A DNA stretch of 63,757 nt, the filler included, from Octopus bimaculoides (Eukaryota): the NCBI RefSeq assembly GCF_001194135.2. It is 6 parts of 4 records of this genome, joined end to end, with 100 filler letters (N's around TTAATTAATTAA, not from the genome) between each part and the next. Parts side by side here need not be neighbours in the genome. Positions count along the whole stretch, not along the records: positions 44,040 to 63,757 come from NC_068988.1; 5 more parts are not named here. One strand, 5' to 3'. Positions 49,711 to 62,221 of the stretch are shown piece by piece. Under the pieces are notes generated by a model. It worked only from the letters and a program-made list of their open reading frames with translations. It was not told the DNA's origin and searched no databases. The translations under genes were made by a program, and so were the position numbers. Position 1 is the stretch's first letter, and the number at the start of each line of letters is the position of its first letter.

Positions 49711-50472
49711 GGGCTAATGCAGTTTGGCACCTTGAAAAATATATTTTTTCGGAAAAGATTTCTTGGATTCCTACGTTTTAGATATCGGAGATTACGAATA
49801 TGCAAAAAAGAAAAATAAATAAATAAAATAATCCTCATTAAAATTCTGATGGGTTTCGAAATTTTTTTCCCTATGTTTTAGATGATGGAGATACCGAATA
49901 TGCAAGAAACCACGTTTTCAAAATTTTAAATTCTCTAAGCATATAGATGTGTGTATAAAGAGATAAATAGATATGAATGTCTTCCTGGGGCTAAAAACAA
50001 CAGTAACACCGTCTTCTATAGGACTGTCACATTTAGTTAACAAATGTATTTTATGAATAAACGGACAGAGATATATGCATGAAAAAGTTCAAAATTTAAA
50101 ATTTGGGAGAGGTGAAATTTGAACACCTTATTAAACTTTATAACATTAATTATTAAAATTAATGTTTGTTTCTCATAAAATGGTGTATATTCAATTTACA
50201 TTAAATTATTATATAATGTAAACACAAATAAAACGCAAATTCTTTTCACTTTAACATTTTTGTCTGTATTTAATTTCGATTTGCATATGTTCGTCAATTC
50301 GCTACGATTTCTTTAAACAAAATTTAAAAAATTCAATTAGAGTGGGGTTGGTTGAAAAAAAAAAAAATTTTCGTGCATATTTGTCATCTCCGACATCTAA
50401 AACGGAGGAATCCGAAAACAATTATTCAAAACAATGCATTTTTCAAGTAGAGGTGCGAAACTGCATTAGCCC
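49711..50472. mobile_element. Non-autonomous DNA transposon (MITE; Kolobok- or PIF/Harbinger-type)
   Basis: 22-bp TIR gggctaatgcagtttggcacct / aggtgcgaaactgcattagccc (1 mismatch); left flank TTAA, right flank cgaa; subterminal repeats ttttagat...ggagat..cgaatatgca. Confidence 0.8.
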
Positions 50473-51530
50473 CGAATTTTAATCACAATACTCTAGGAAA
50501 CGTATTTACTAATGCATATATAATGCAAAGGTTTTGAGAGCTCCTCCAGGTCATAACAACACACTTCACTAGTGCTGTGTTGCAAGAAAAATTGAATGAA
50601 TTTACAGTCCACAACAATTAAATACTATTTGAAATATGTACTTGTTTGAATAACAAAATACTTTGTCTTTGATGAACGTAATAATTCTATAGATCGCAAA
50701 AACACTTTGAACGAATATTAATAGTTATTTCTGAAAGGATGCGGCTTCATCCTTGTCTGGTGCGCTTACAAATTTAGGAAATGAAAAATTGAAATGTCAT
50801 TACAAGGGTAGATTAACTAAATCAGTTGCAAAAATTGTCAATATTTTCCCCATTAGACAGGAAATTAGGAAATTATATCTAGAGATCAATTCAGAAATAT
50901 TTTTCTATGTGACATAAGTTGAAGGACATCCGATTAAATGACACATGTATCGCAAACTTGATAAAATATGTGTTGGAATATAATTAGACTTCCTATAGAA
51001 AACGCGTTAATGACGGTCGTCATTAGCTGGAAAGAACTTTTTCATATATATTCAGATTTATGACTGTAAAAGTGAAATTAGAGACGGAAAACTTTGTATA
51101 AATCAATTATTCTATACACAAAATTACACAATGCTTTTTCAAATGATTGCAAAATCACTATGTTCATTTCCAATGATATAATATTAAACACACATATCTT
51201 AAGCCATCTTGATATATATATATATATNNNNNNNNNNNNNNNNNNNNNNNNNNNNNNNNNNNNNNNNNNNNNNNNNNNNNNNNNNNNNNNNNNNNNNNNN
51301 NNNNNNNNNNNNNNNNNNNNNNNNNNNAGAATTAGGGTCAAGAGCAAACAAAATAAAACAAGCAAAACGACACAGAGTGAGATTTAGGACGGTGGACGAA
51401 GACGAACAGGCGACCGAAATACGACCTTGGGGCCTAGGAGCCGAGAATAGTAGGTGACGCTTAGGAGAATAGTGGGTGATGCATAGGAGAATAGTGGGCA
51501 ACCAATTGGTCATGTTTTGACCTTCCACGT

Positions 51531-51623
51531 TTTGTCCAATCAGTATGCAGCTTAAATGTCACGGTTTGTCGAGTGTACCGGTAATGCTGGCATAGATCCC
51601 GCCGTGTTCTGAACGGAAATAAC

Positions 51624-51654
<31 letters not shown>

Positions 51655-51891
51655 TAACAACCAGCTAATGATGTAGATTAGAAAATATCTTTAAGATATG
51701 AATAAAAACAAATTACAGAAGACTCGCAAAGACTGAAGTAAAAACGATCAAAACCAACTAAGTTTGCTCATTCATAAAACCCTAACATGTAAGCTTCAAA
51801 CTAATTGGTTAAAATAAATGCGGGATCTCTGCCAGTTATATCGGTGCATCAGACAATTTGTGATGTTTAAGCTGCGTACTGATTGGTCAAA
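51531..51891. repeat. 72-bp imperfect inverted repeat around a (TAA)n-containing spacer
   Basis: 51531-51602 (tttgtccaatcagtatgcagcttaaatgtcac...ctggcatagatcccgc) vs reverse complement of 51820-51891. Confidence 0.85.
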
Positions 51892-52198
51892 GCCGTATTC
51901 GAAAAATTCAGCTTATCGGAACGTACTCAAAGGTATAAAATGGAAAAAGTCAGTAATTTTACTGCAGTTGTCAAGAAGTCAACTCAACTGTTAATAAATA
52001 CGCTTTGAAATCTGATGATCACTACGAAAGTATGAAATCGCTAATTGAACTTTATGAACATTACTAAATATTTTTTTTTATGTTTAACAAACTTCAACAT
52101 TGTAAAAATTTCCTTTTTAAATACAATAATAAGAAACATGTAAATCAGATCGTGTCGTAAATTTATTCAACGGATATATTATTCTTCACACAAATTCG

Positions 52199-52230
<32 letters not shown>

Positions 52231-52774
52231 NNNNNNNNNNNNNNNNNNNNNNNNNNNNNNNNNNNNNNNNNNNNNNNNNNNNNNNNNNNNNNNNNNNNNN
52301 NNNNNNNNNNNNNNNNNNNNNNNNNNNNNNNNNNNNNNNNNNNNNNNNNNNNNNNNNNNNNNNNNNNNNNNNNNNNNNNNNNNNNNNNNNNNNNNNNNNN
52401 NNNNNNNNNNNNNNNNNNNNNNNNNNNNNNNNNNNNNNNNNNNNNNNNNATATATATATATATATATATACAAGAATTTAGCATAATAGTAAATAGGACA
52501 TTAGCTGAATTAATCTGTCGGACGTGTTTCCAGGTAAATTCCGTGACTTCAATTTCATTCACAACACTTCATCCAATCTGATAACATCTACACATGTCGT
52601 TACATCATAGCCGTCACTTTGCACGCAGAATGTCAAGATCACCGAAGGAAGTTCTTAACCTTGAAGCCATCCCTGCATCAATATATATATATATATTCAG
52701 ATATACGCGTAAACACAAATTTATGTAATTAGTTTTAAATACATTCTCACTCCAGAATATATATCAACAGGTTC

Positions 52775-52910
52775 AAGCGTGGCTGTGTGGTAAGAAGCTT
52801 GTTTCCTAACGACATGGTACGATGTTTAGTCTCACTGCGTGACACTTCTGGTCTGCCAAAGACTCGTAAGTCGATTTGATAGACAGAAAGTGAAAGAACC
52901 TTTCGTATGT
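52775..52910 (+). mobile_element. CORE-like SINE head, internally deleted
   Basis: gcgtggctgtgtggtaagaagcttgtttcctaacgacatgg...gatttgatagacagaaagtgaaagaacc. Confidence 0.75.
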
Positions 52911-54139
52911 ATATATATATATCTGTAAAAAATATGTGACACTTATTCGGTAGCCATGATAAAACTCCAGGTTTCGGATGCCGGGGTGGGAGGCCACGCC
53001 CACATCCCTTCAGCTATCCGGCCATTGAAAATTCCTGTAAGAAATGACCGTTAAACAAAGGGAAATTACTCTGTGGCTGACCGTCATTAAGACAAAAAGA
53101 GATAATAGAGCGCTAAGTAAGGGGAGGGGGTAAAAGTAACGGAGTAGAAAAGACTATAGTTTCGCGTAAGCGCGCCAATCCGTACGTTAGCCTATATTTA
53201 TATACTAAACCACCCTCGCTTTAAACACACACATGCTCACCCACATACTCGCCAAAAACTATACATATATGTAAACACACACATGCTCACCCACATACAG
53301 GCCAAAAACTATACATATATGTACATATGCATATATACACACGCATACACACCCACATTCACACGCATACAATAACCCCGCACCCATACACACGCATGCA
53401 AAAGACAAATATATAGGGCTAAAGGCAAAAAACTGTGGGAAAGCTGTAAGGTTAAAACGCGTCTAAACTATATATATATGTATGTATGCACACACGCACA
53501 CAGACACANNNNNNNNNNNNNNNNNNNNNNNNNNNNNNNNNNNNNNNNNNNNNNNNNNNNNNNNNNNNNNNNNNNNNNNNNNNNNNNNNNNNNNNNNNNN
53601 NNNNNNNNNNNNNNNNNNNNNNNNNNNNNNNNNNNNNNNNNNNNNNNNNNNNNNNNNNNNNNNNNNNNNNNNNNNNNNNNNNNNNNNNNNNNNNNNNNNN
53701 NNNNNNNNNNNNNNNNNNNNNNNNNNNNNNNNNNNNNNNNNNNNNNNNNNNNNNNNNNNNNNNNNNNNNNNNNNNNNNNNNNNNNNNNNNNNNNNNNNNN
53801 NNNNNNNNNNNNNNNNNNNNNNNNNNNNNNNNNNNNNNNNNNNNNNNNNNNNNNNNNNNNNNNNNNNNNNNNNNNNNNNNNNNNNNNNNNNNNNNNNNNN
53901 NNNNNNNNNNNNNNNNNNNNNNNNNNNNNNNNNNNNNNNNNNNNNNNNNNNNNNNNNNNNNNNNNNNNNNNNNNNNNNNNNNNNNNNNNNNNNNNNNNNN
54001 NNNNNNNNNNNNNNNNNNNNNNNNNNNNNNNNNNNNNNNNNNNNNNNNNNNNNNNNATATATATATATATAAGTCAGTAAATAGTGGGGTTGTGTTAAAT
54101 AATAGGAAAATGAAAAATAATAATAAGGCAGAATGCTAA

Positions 54140-55575
54140 ACTGGAAGCATATTTTAATAAAGATTTCTAACCGGCTTTCATTGCATGGCAAATTATCAAG
54201 AAGAAGCAGAATGAAAATGTTTTTTACAAAGAAGTAAAAAAACGAAAAAAATAATGTATATAAGTATGGGGGGGGGTAGTTTACAGGTGATCTAAACAAT
54301 GAGGTACGTTAAGTAAGTGCTGTAACGATTACTAGGGCTCCAAGGTTGTAGCCGAGACGGCAGTTATAAAGCCATTATAGATTTCCGATGCAGCGGATAT
54401 ATAATTGTTAAACGAGACAGAAAACATTGTTTCTGGGATATCCCCGAGTATGGGATAGTCCTTCATCAGAGACAAATTGGGAAAACATAGGGAAAACGGT
54501 ATATATATTAATTGGACAAAGAGAAAGCGAGTAAAAGAATAAAGAGATGGAAAGTAAGAAGAAAAAGAAGCATAGAAGTTCATAGTTCAACTTTCCGAAA
54601 TTATAGAAACCAGAGCATGAGTCTTTAGGTGCAATCCTGCGTATATCAATGAGCGTAAGTGCTCAGGTGCAATTCTGCGTATATTCATGTGGGTTAAAAT
54701 CTCGATATAGTAGATATCTCCAGAAAAAAGACACGAGCATATCAACGTTCAATAACAGAATGGTAGCGGACGTGACTATTAAGTGGTAAAACTAAAGAAA
54801 ATAAACAGAAAGAGAAGTAGATAGAGTGAGGTGGGGGATTTTAAGGAATGTCTATAGGGTAAAATAAGGTGCAACGGTGTATGGTTCTAATAATTGTGTA
54901 CGGAGTAGCCGAGAAGATAAGAGTGACGATGAGAAGAAGGAGGGAGGTAGGGTAAAGAAATAGAGCAAAATGAAAAGAATTTAAAGAGAGTAGTAGATGT
55001 CTGGTAGTCTTAAAGTCTAAAGTTATTGGAGTGGGAACTTTAGTAGTAACTGCTTGTGTCCGTTCTGGCTAAGGTCAGTGGCTGTAGAGTTATTTTTAGC
55101 AATTGGGTCATGGGTATGTAGGTAATCGAGAAAGGCAGAGCTAGTTGAATGTTGAATTATTTATGAGTAGGAGTTAGAGTTAGAGGGGTTTTATTTGGAG
55201 ATTTATTGGGTTAAGTTTTAAGAATGAATTAAGGATAAATTAAAGAATTAATATTTATCTCATAGTGTGATGAGCTAAGGTAGATAGAAAAGAGGTAAGA
55301 CATAAGGTAGAAATAAGAGTTATAGAGATATAGAAGGGGTATGTGTTAATGATCATAGGGGTGTGTATGCGAGTGCTATTCGTGAAGATTTAGCTTACGT
55401 TTAGATTTATGAAAGAATTAAAAAGTGTGGAAGAATTTGTGCTTACACGTAGTGAAGGCCTTGTATTTATTAAGCAATTATGGTGAGTTGTGTGCTACAA
55501 TTTTTGAAGGCTTCTTTCAAGCAAAGTCCACAACTGGTATGCGGTACCCGAGTCTATGATAGCCCAGGAAAGTTT
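54140..55575 (-). mobile_element. Penelope-like element 3' end (ORF C-terminus, 3' UTR, hammerhead-like terminal repeat)
   Basis: 55400-55570 minus gives WAIID...CGLCLKEAF / KIVAHNSP*LLNKYKAFTTCKHKF, matching the post-GIY-YIG C..C...LLNKR.E....C.H terminus; hammerhead-like core at 54429-54469. Confidence 0.6.
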
Positions 55576-55911
55576 AAATTTTAACCACTGTTATTTCATT
55601 CGTAGTTGACTCCGTTGATGTGTGAAGCGAAAGCGTAGAAGGTCGGGATAAAAACTGAAGAATATTTTTCCGACGCTCTGTCGAAGCTCCCAGCTCGCTG
55701 CATCGGGAGTTAGGTCTGGTATTATTAAATTGATGACATGATTAGTAAGTACTACTTCTCAATACAAGGAGAAGAAATCTTTCATCTGAAGTATACTAAA
55801 GTATTCAATATGATAAACTTAATATAACCCCTTTTGCACTAAATTCAGTTGTGGAATATGTGTGTGTGTGTAAGTCTGCGTTTATGTGTATTTGTGCGTC
55901 CTTGTGCGTGC

Positions 55912-55958
<47 letters not shown>

Positions 55959-55998
55959 GGGGTGTGCGCGTGCACACATACGGACGTAAAAGCTTACT

Positions 55999-56029
<31 letters not shown>

Positions 56030-56723
56030 CTCAAGCAATTTTAGACGCATATTGTTAATGTAATAATGGTTGCTTTTGCTGTTCTTGTTGATGTTTATAT
56101 GGTTACTGCATATGTCTCTGTGATAAATATTTTGAATCTAGTTTTGAAAACTAATTATCTGAAAGTTACATTCTGCAAATGAAATATAGATCCATTATGA
56201 ATACAACTAACATTTATTTTTCCCCAGACACAGTGTCTATTCCTGTACACCTAACAGAAATTCAGATGTTTCATTCTAAATGCAGTAAATAATTTTATCA
56301 ATAAGCAGACATCCATCCAAATTAATGAAATAAAACTTTTAACGCGAACTATTTTAAAATCAAGCTAATACATCTCTTTGACTTACAGTAACAAATTTTA
56401 TATATCCTTACCATTTCAGGCCAGGGAAAACTAATGTAGCGTACTTTCAAATTCACCTGATGATCGTAATATGAAATCGATGTTTGTAATAGATAATTAG
56501 AAATAGGAAATAAAATTTACATAGCTTAGCGTAAAGTATTCATACTCTAAAATATAGAAAGAAAACTTAGGTATATATTCAGTTCCATGTATCAGAACAA
56601 CTTAAAAGTTTAGTAATTGGCTATAATATTTGAATTGATACTACCTTAATACATCGACGTCTAATGTTTTCAGTCCTTCCGACTTCCCTTCCCCCACCCT
56701 CCTCACTGTCATCCTCGTCGTCG

Positions 56724-56733
56724 TAGTTGTCGA

Positions 56734-56800
<67 letters not shown>
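56724..56800. repeat. Compound (TCG)n(TCA)n microsatellite
   Basis: Read directly; source of the spurious poly-Ser ORF. Confidence 0.95.
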
Positions 56801-58344
56801 TTTCCCTACATCTTCTTCCTTATCAAAGTTTCTTAACGAAACGGTGTTTGGCGCGTGTTACATCCCGGTGGTATTTGAATGTATGTACATTAATGCATTT
56901 CCTCTTTTCTTTGAGGAAGGTTGCCAGCACTAAAATGTGTTGAACTGAAAATATTGGGCACGTAATTAAGAAACTCAATGCATCTTTTTATGGTGATCAT
57001 CTCTTTTCTGAATGACCAATGCATTTAAACAGTGATATCACCAGAGAAGTTATGGTCTCAATCTATCAGAATTGGTGACATTATGTGTCGAAGCTAAAAC
57101 CTCGGTAACTCCTGTCACACCGTACCATGGTGCCTAGTATTACTCGAAAAAACACATAGGCCACGCATCTCTCTGAACCACGTTATAACCTCTTGTGACG
57201 TAGGGTTATATTGTGTCTTCAAACTTGTCCCCTACATTAACCACGTTCCTGATAGTCGTCATTTCTTCCCAACCATTTGACATCCAGTCTACGCATGAAA
57301 AGTTACCTAAAACAATATCTCCATATGGGTTACAGTTATGCTGTAACTTACAGAATAAGGATGCAATCTGTGAACATATAAATAAAACACTATATTACCT
57401 CATCCTCATCCATAAGCATGAGAAATGTGCCAGTCACTCCTCAGCTTATGGCTAATAAAATTATGTCTCTTTTTGCAGCCTTATTTACTACCACTGCAGT
57501 TAGCGACTAGCTGGTCTCGTGTCTCCTTCATCCAGGTTCTCTAAATTCATTTGCCACTTCTCCACCTATGTATTAATATCACCCACGTCATCTAGTAGCA
57601 ATTTAATTACTACACCCAGAACTTTGGTGATTTGGAATTCCCACACTTTGCAAGTAATCTCTGCAACCGTTATTTTGCAACCGCTCAGAAGCCCAAAAGT
57701 CCATCATTCTCACCAATTAGTACGGTCAATTCTTGAAGAACAAAACTACAAGAAAATCACATCCGTTTAAATTCTAATTTCAAACGCAGCTAAGATTGGT
57801 TTAGCCTTTCATTTTGCGACTAGTGGAGATAATAATAGAAGTACCAGCAATGTACACTTCACTGCCGAAGAGACATATCAACACCCCACTTTCTCTTACT
57901 GGTAATTAATTTATTGATTTTATTATTATTGAACACCGTAATAATAACAGTGACATTTCAACAGAGGGCGTTTCTCTGACGTTTCTTGTTTATATTTCAT
58001 TCTAGAACTCTTAATAGATTTATTATCCTGTAGATTTTAATTCTATATACAAGTGTAACTGCGAACATGTTTAGGAGGCATGTATGTTTGGAAAAGCATT
58101 TAGTATCTTGTATCTGTGTATAAACGTATGAGTACGTCTGTGTTTGTCTCGAAGAGCATATATGCGTGCATGTGTGTATGTTTATAGATGTGTTTGTGCG
58201 TATGTAGCTATTTGTGTTTGATTGCGCACAACACGTTTATGGAGATGAATGTAGAGGGTTATAGGGGACGCATAAGTTTATGGGGTCGGTCTGAGATTTA
58301 TGTATATATATATATATTTATTAATATTTCTAAGTCTCTCTAAA

Positions 58345-58632
58345 GGAGACTACGGCAGCGGTACTGGAAATTAATAGTTATCGCCAAGCCAACATGGCAG
58401 TCCCAAAATTAGGACGAAAGCTGCCGTGAATTAGCTCCAAGAAGCCATCGCCTCTAGCTAGCTATGTGACACACGAAACCTGTGTCCTTTATAACCTTCG
58501 AACGGGGGAGGTCAGCAGTGTCCCCCTGCTGGTTTGGCATCTGCAGACTAGTTTCAGGGTGTTGCCCCTTGTCAATGCAGAGCAGCCAAGCCCCAGCCAG
58601 GCGGCGCTGCTGACTATCTGTTCGAAGGTTAT
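58345..58632. other. Unassigned highly self-complementary element (multi-stem junction plus ~140-nt hairpin)
   Basis: ACGGCAGC (58352-59) / GCTGCCGT (58420-27); internal GCCA/TGGC and GTCC/GGAC hairpins; ATAACCTTCGAAC (58491-503) / GTTCGAAGGTTAT (58620-32) with nested stems. Confidence 0.6.
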
Positions 58633-59639
58633 TTATCTAATTTCAGTGGAATCTATCCACTGGTTTTCAGAAATNNNNNNNNNNNNNNNNNNNNNNNNNN
58701 NNNNNNNNNNNNNNNNNNNNNNNNNNNNNNNNNNNNNNNNNNNNNNNNNNNNNNNNNNNNNNNNNNNNNNNNNNNNNNNNNNNNNNNNNNNNNNNNNNNN
58801 NNNNNNNNNNNNNNNNNNNNNNNNNNNNNNNNNNNNNNNNNNNNNNNNNNNNNNNNNNNNNNNNNNNNNNNNNNNNNNNNNNNNNNNNNNNNNNNNNNNN
58901 NNNNNNNNNNNNNNNNNNNNNNNNNNNNNNNNNNNNNNNNNNNNNNNNNNNNNNNNNNNNNNNNNNNNNNNNNNNNNNNNNNNNNNNNNNNNNNNNNNNN
59001 NNNNNNNNNNNNNNNNNNNNNNNNNNNNNNNNNNNNNNNNNNNNNNNNNNNNNNNNNNNNNNNNNNNNNNNNNNNNNNNNNNNNNNNNNNNNNNNNNNNN
59101 NNNNNNNNNNNNNNNNNNNNNNNNNNNNNNNNNNNNNNNNNNNNNNNNNNNNNNNNNNNNNNNNNNNNNNNNNNNNNNNNNNNNNNNNNNNNNNNNNNNN
59201 NNNNNNNNNNNNNNNNNNNNNNNNNNNNNNNNNNNNNNNNNNNNNNNNNNNNNNNNNNNNNNNNNNNNNNNNNNNNNNNNNNNNNNNNNNNNNNNNNNNN
59301 NNNNNNNNNNNNNNNNNNNNNNNNNNNNNNNNNNNNNNNNNNNNNNNNNNNNNNNNNNNNNNNNNNNNNNNNNNNNNNNNNNNNNNNNNNNNNNNNNNNN
59401 NNNNNNNNNNNNNNNNNNNNNNNNNNNNNNNNNNNNNNNNNNNNNNNNNNNNNNNNNNNNNNNNNNNNNNNNNNNNNNNNNNNNNNNNNNNNNNNNNNNN
59501 NNNNNNNNNNNNNNNNNNNNNNNNNNNNNNNNNNNNNNNNNNNNNNNNNNNNNNNNNNNNNNNNNNNNNNNNNNNNNNNNNNNNNNNNNNNNNNNNNNNN
59601 NNNNNNNNNNNNNNNNNNNNNNNNNNNNNNNNNNNNNAG

Positions 59640-59795
59640 GGATATATTCTTTTCTACTCTAGGCACAAGGCCAGAAATTTTTCGGCGGAGGGCCAGTCGA
59701 GAAGATCGACCTCGGCGGAAATTGAAATCAGAACGTAAAGACAGACGAAATACCGCTAAGCATTCCGCCCGACGTGCTAACGTTTCTGCTAGCTC
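59640..59795 (-). mobile_element. Nin/Deu-like SINE with internal deletion
   Basis: Head and tail present; central domain between two tcgacc motifs missing. Confidence 0.8.
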
Positions 59796-60507
59796 AAGCG
59801 GATACTGTGGTAGCTCTCATTTATGTTCCTGGCTACGGAGTGTATTTAACATGTATTACTACTAGGAATTATAACTCATGCAGTAAGTTCCTCCGATGGG
59901 TAATTCCGTGTTCGCTTCACTGGATGGTATTATTATGTGGAGTGTATAATAGCAATAGGTATAATGATAGGGAATATGGTGACTAGTACATCTTCAAAGA
60001 TTCACAGTTTTCTCCACGGTAGAGGTTTCCGGCTTCAGACCGACCAGCGACCATTTTTATCAATTTTCGGATTGAAGAAAGGAATTCCTGCCCATACAGC
60101 TATCATATTACAACGCTGGGGTACAATATTGTTAAAATACAAGTTTAAGATAGAGTACGTTCTTTCTATGAAAAATTGCTATGCGAAGTGTTTATCTAGG
60201 CTAATTCCGAAGAATGCGGAAGTGTTGGAAGATACAATGATAGCCAAATTACAATCAGAAAAGGAAATTAAAAACATTATGCGTAATGTCAGTCAAGGGG
60301 TTCCAAGTGACTGTACAAGATATAAAAAATAGATCAGTGGAGGACAAACGTATAAAATGAAGGAAACTGAAAAATAAACAAAAGAGAATCACGATTGTGA
60401 AACATTTTCCACTCTGCGACGATATATTAATGTACACAAAAAGAGTGGTGGTACCAGCTGCACTACAAAAACCGATATAACATGAATTTCATAGTGGAAT
60501 AAGAGAA

Positions 60508-60984
60508 TTGGTGAGTAGTTATGAATATTGGCCGACATTGGACTGGGATATGGAAAATTTGGTAAAATCATGTAAAGCTTGTGCGTTACCAGCCAAGGCA
60601 CTACCGGTGGAATACCAATCGTGGTCTGAGAAGGATAGACCGTGGTTCACGGTACGTATAGACTACGCTGGGCCAGTGAATGGCGCGTACTACTTGATCA
60701 TTGTTGATAACTTTACTAAGTGGCCTGAAGTATGCAGGTGGAGTCAACCTACATCGAATGCAATAATAAAGTTCCTGCACGAACATTTGGCTCGATACAG
60801 AGTTTCGGATACCATGATATCGGACAATGGAACACAATTTACAGGATACGACTGCAGGAAATTCTGTAAAATGTATGCAATCAAACACATGATTACCCTG
60901 CCCTACAATCCGAGTTTAAATGGGCAAGCAGAACGATTCGTAGATACTTTCAAGCGAGTGCTAAATACGCAAAGAAGGAGTTAG
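60508..60984 (+). pseudogene. Gypsy integrase fragment (zinc-binding remnant and DD35E core)
   Basis: DYAGP, SDNG and QAERF catalytic motifs; upstream HH part eroded; frameshift after 60970. Confidence 0.85.
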
Positions 60985-61508
60985 GAAATAACGAAGCGTT
61001 AACTAAATTCTTAAGGGTGTACAGAATAACGCCCAACCTAAAAACCACTTTAGCGATCTTCGACAAATTATTGAAAATACAAAAAAATTCAACTAAACAT
61101 TTTGATGTTGGAGACAAAGTCTATTTCAAAGTATACAAAAACGGTAAAGAGAGTTGGTAGGATGATGCAGTGACTAAAAGAATTGGAAACACGATGTATT
61201 TAATAAAAGGCCAACGATAGGAGCATACATGACACCTAAATCAATTAAAAATCGGACATAGAGACGAAAGGAAGAAAATTCCGATGGAAGTGTTTTACAT
61301 GTTCGATGTGCCAGCACAGAAAGGGAATGAGCCTAAAAGTAATAACAGAAAACGTAAACAGACTTAATGTTTAGAAATAACTCTTAAGCGGAAAAAGGTA
61401 CTGAGCTCCTAAGAGAAGCAACATTTCAAGAAGGGACAGGTGTTGGAAAGAAGGAAAAAAGAAAAGAAATTTTGTTTCCTACTGAAGTCGAAATCTCAAA
61501 ATGGGAGA

Positions 61509-61588
61509 TGTTGTGGCGAGAATCACGACATCCCCTGCGTAAATAGACTTCACCGAAGGACTATAAATAGTAGCTGTCTGCGTGAGAG

Positions 61589-61635
<47 letters not shown>

Positions 61636-61857
61636 CAGAGACAGAGACAGAGACAGAGACAGAGACAGACAGAGAGAGAGAGTAGGCTTAATCGCAGGAA
61701 GTCGTAATGTGTCGGAATATCGTTTTTTGGTTCTTGTATAGTTCGTGGAGAGTTTTTTGTATCGTTACGTTGTTGTTAGCCTGCTTTGTCATTTGTTAAT
61801 CAGTACTACACGGTTATAGTGTAAACAAGTATCGCCATAGCAACTGGTGATACTACA
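61509..61857 (+). repeat. Putative LTR with internal (GA)n/(GAGACA)n tract
   Basis: Starts TGTTG right after aaaatgggaga, ends CTACA; TATAAAT at ~61562; the second LTR is not seen, so the limits are inferred. Confidence 0.55.
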
Positions 61858-62221
61858 ATAATTGGTGGCGAGTAGTTACATTACAATAAAATGGGAAACA
61901 ATATTGTGGTCGCAGACCTGTGTAATATTCACTTTTCCTTGCTAGCGCCATTATGTCGATTATGTCATACATTAGATACGTTTTATTACCTCAATATTGG
62001 GATGGAATTTAGAAATATTAGATTAATTATTTTCTTTTGATCACAGTTAGAATTTCCTTGGTGAAATTTCGCTTGTGGGTGAAGACTTAAAGTTGTCGAC
62101 AACAAAAAATGCTGTTATATTCATTGTTTCAAAATAATACGGTTAACATACTATGGCTAGCGTTAAGAACCTTTCAGTTAATTTTAATACATACTACTTT
62201 TCAGCAGTAATATATCGGTTG

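Larger units (their letters stand above)
59985..61857 (+). mobile_element. Decayed Ty3/Gypsy LTR retrotransposon (RNase H, integrase, 3' LTR)
   Basis: RNase H FLHGRGFRLQTDQRPFLSIFGLKKGIP...LQRWG; integrase YWPTLD...VKSCKAC, RIDYAGP, IIVD, SDNGTQF, NGQAERFVDTFKR; purine-rich tract then TGTTG...CTACA LTR. Confidence 0.9.

Noticed and set aside
57500-57780. Possible further R4-type endonuclease remnant
   Set aside because: Only faint similarity (PDVIF, KVWEFQITKVLGVVI); too decayed to support.
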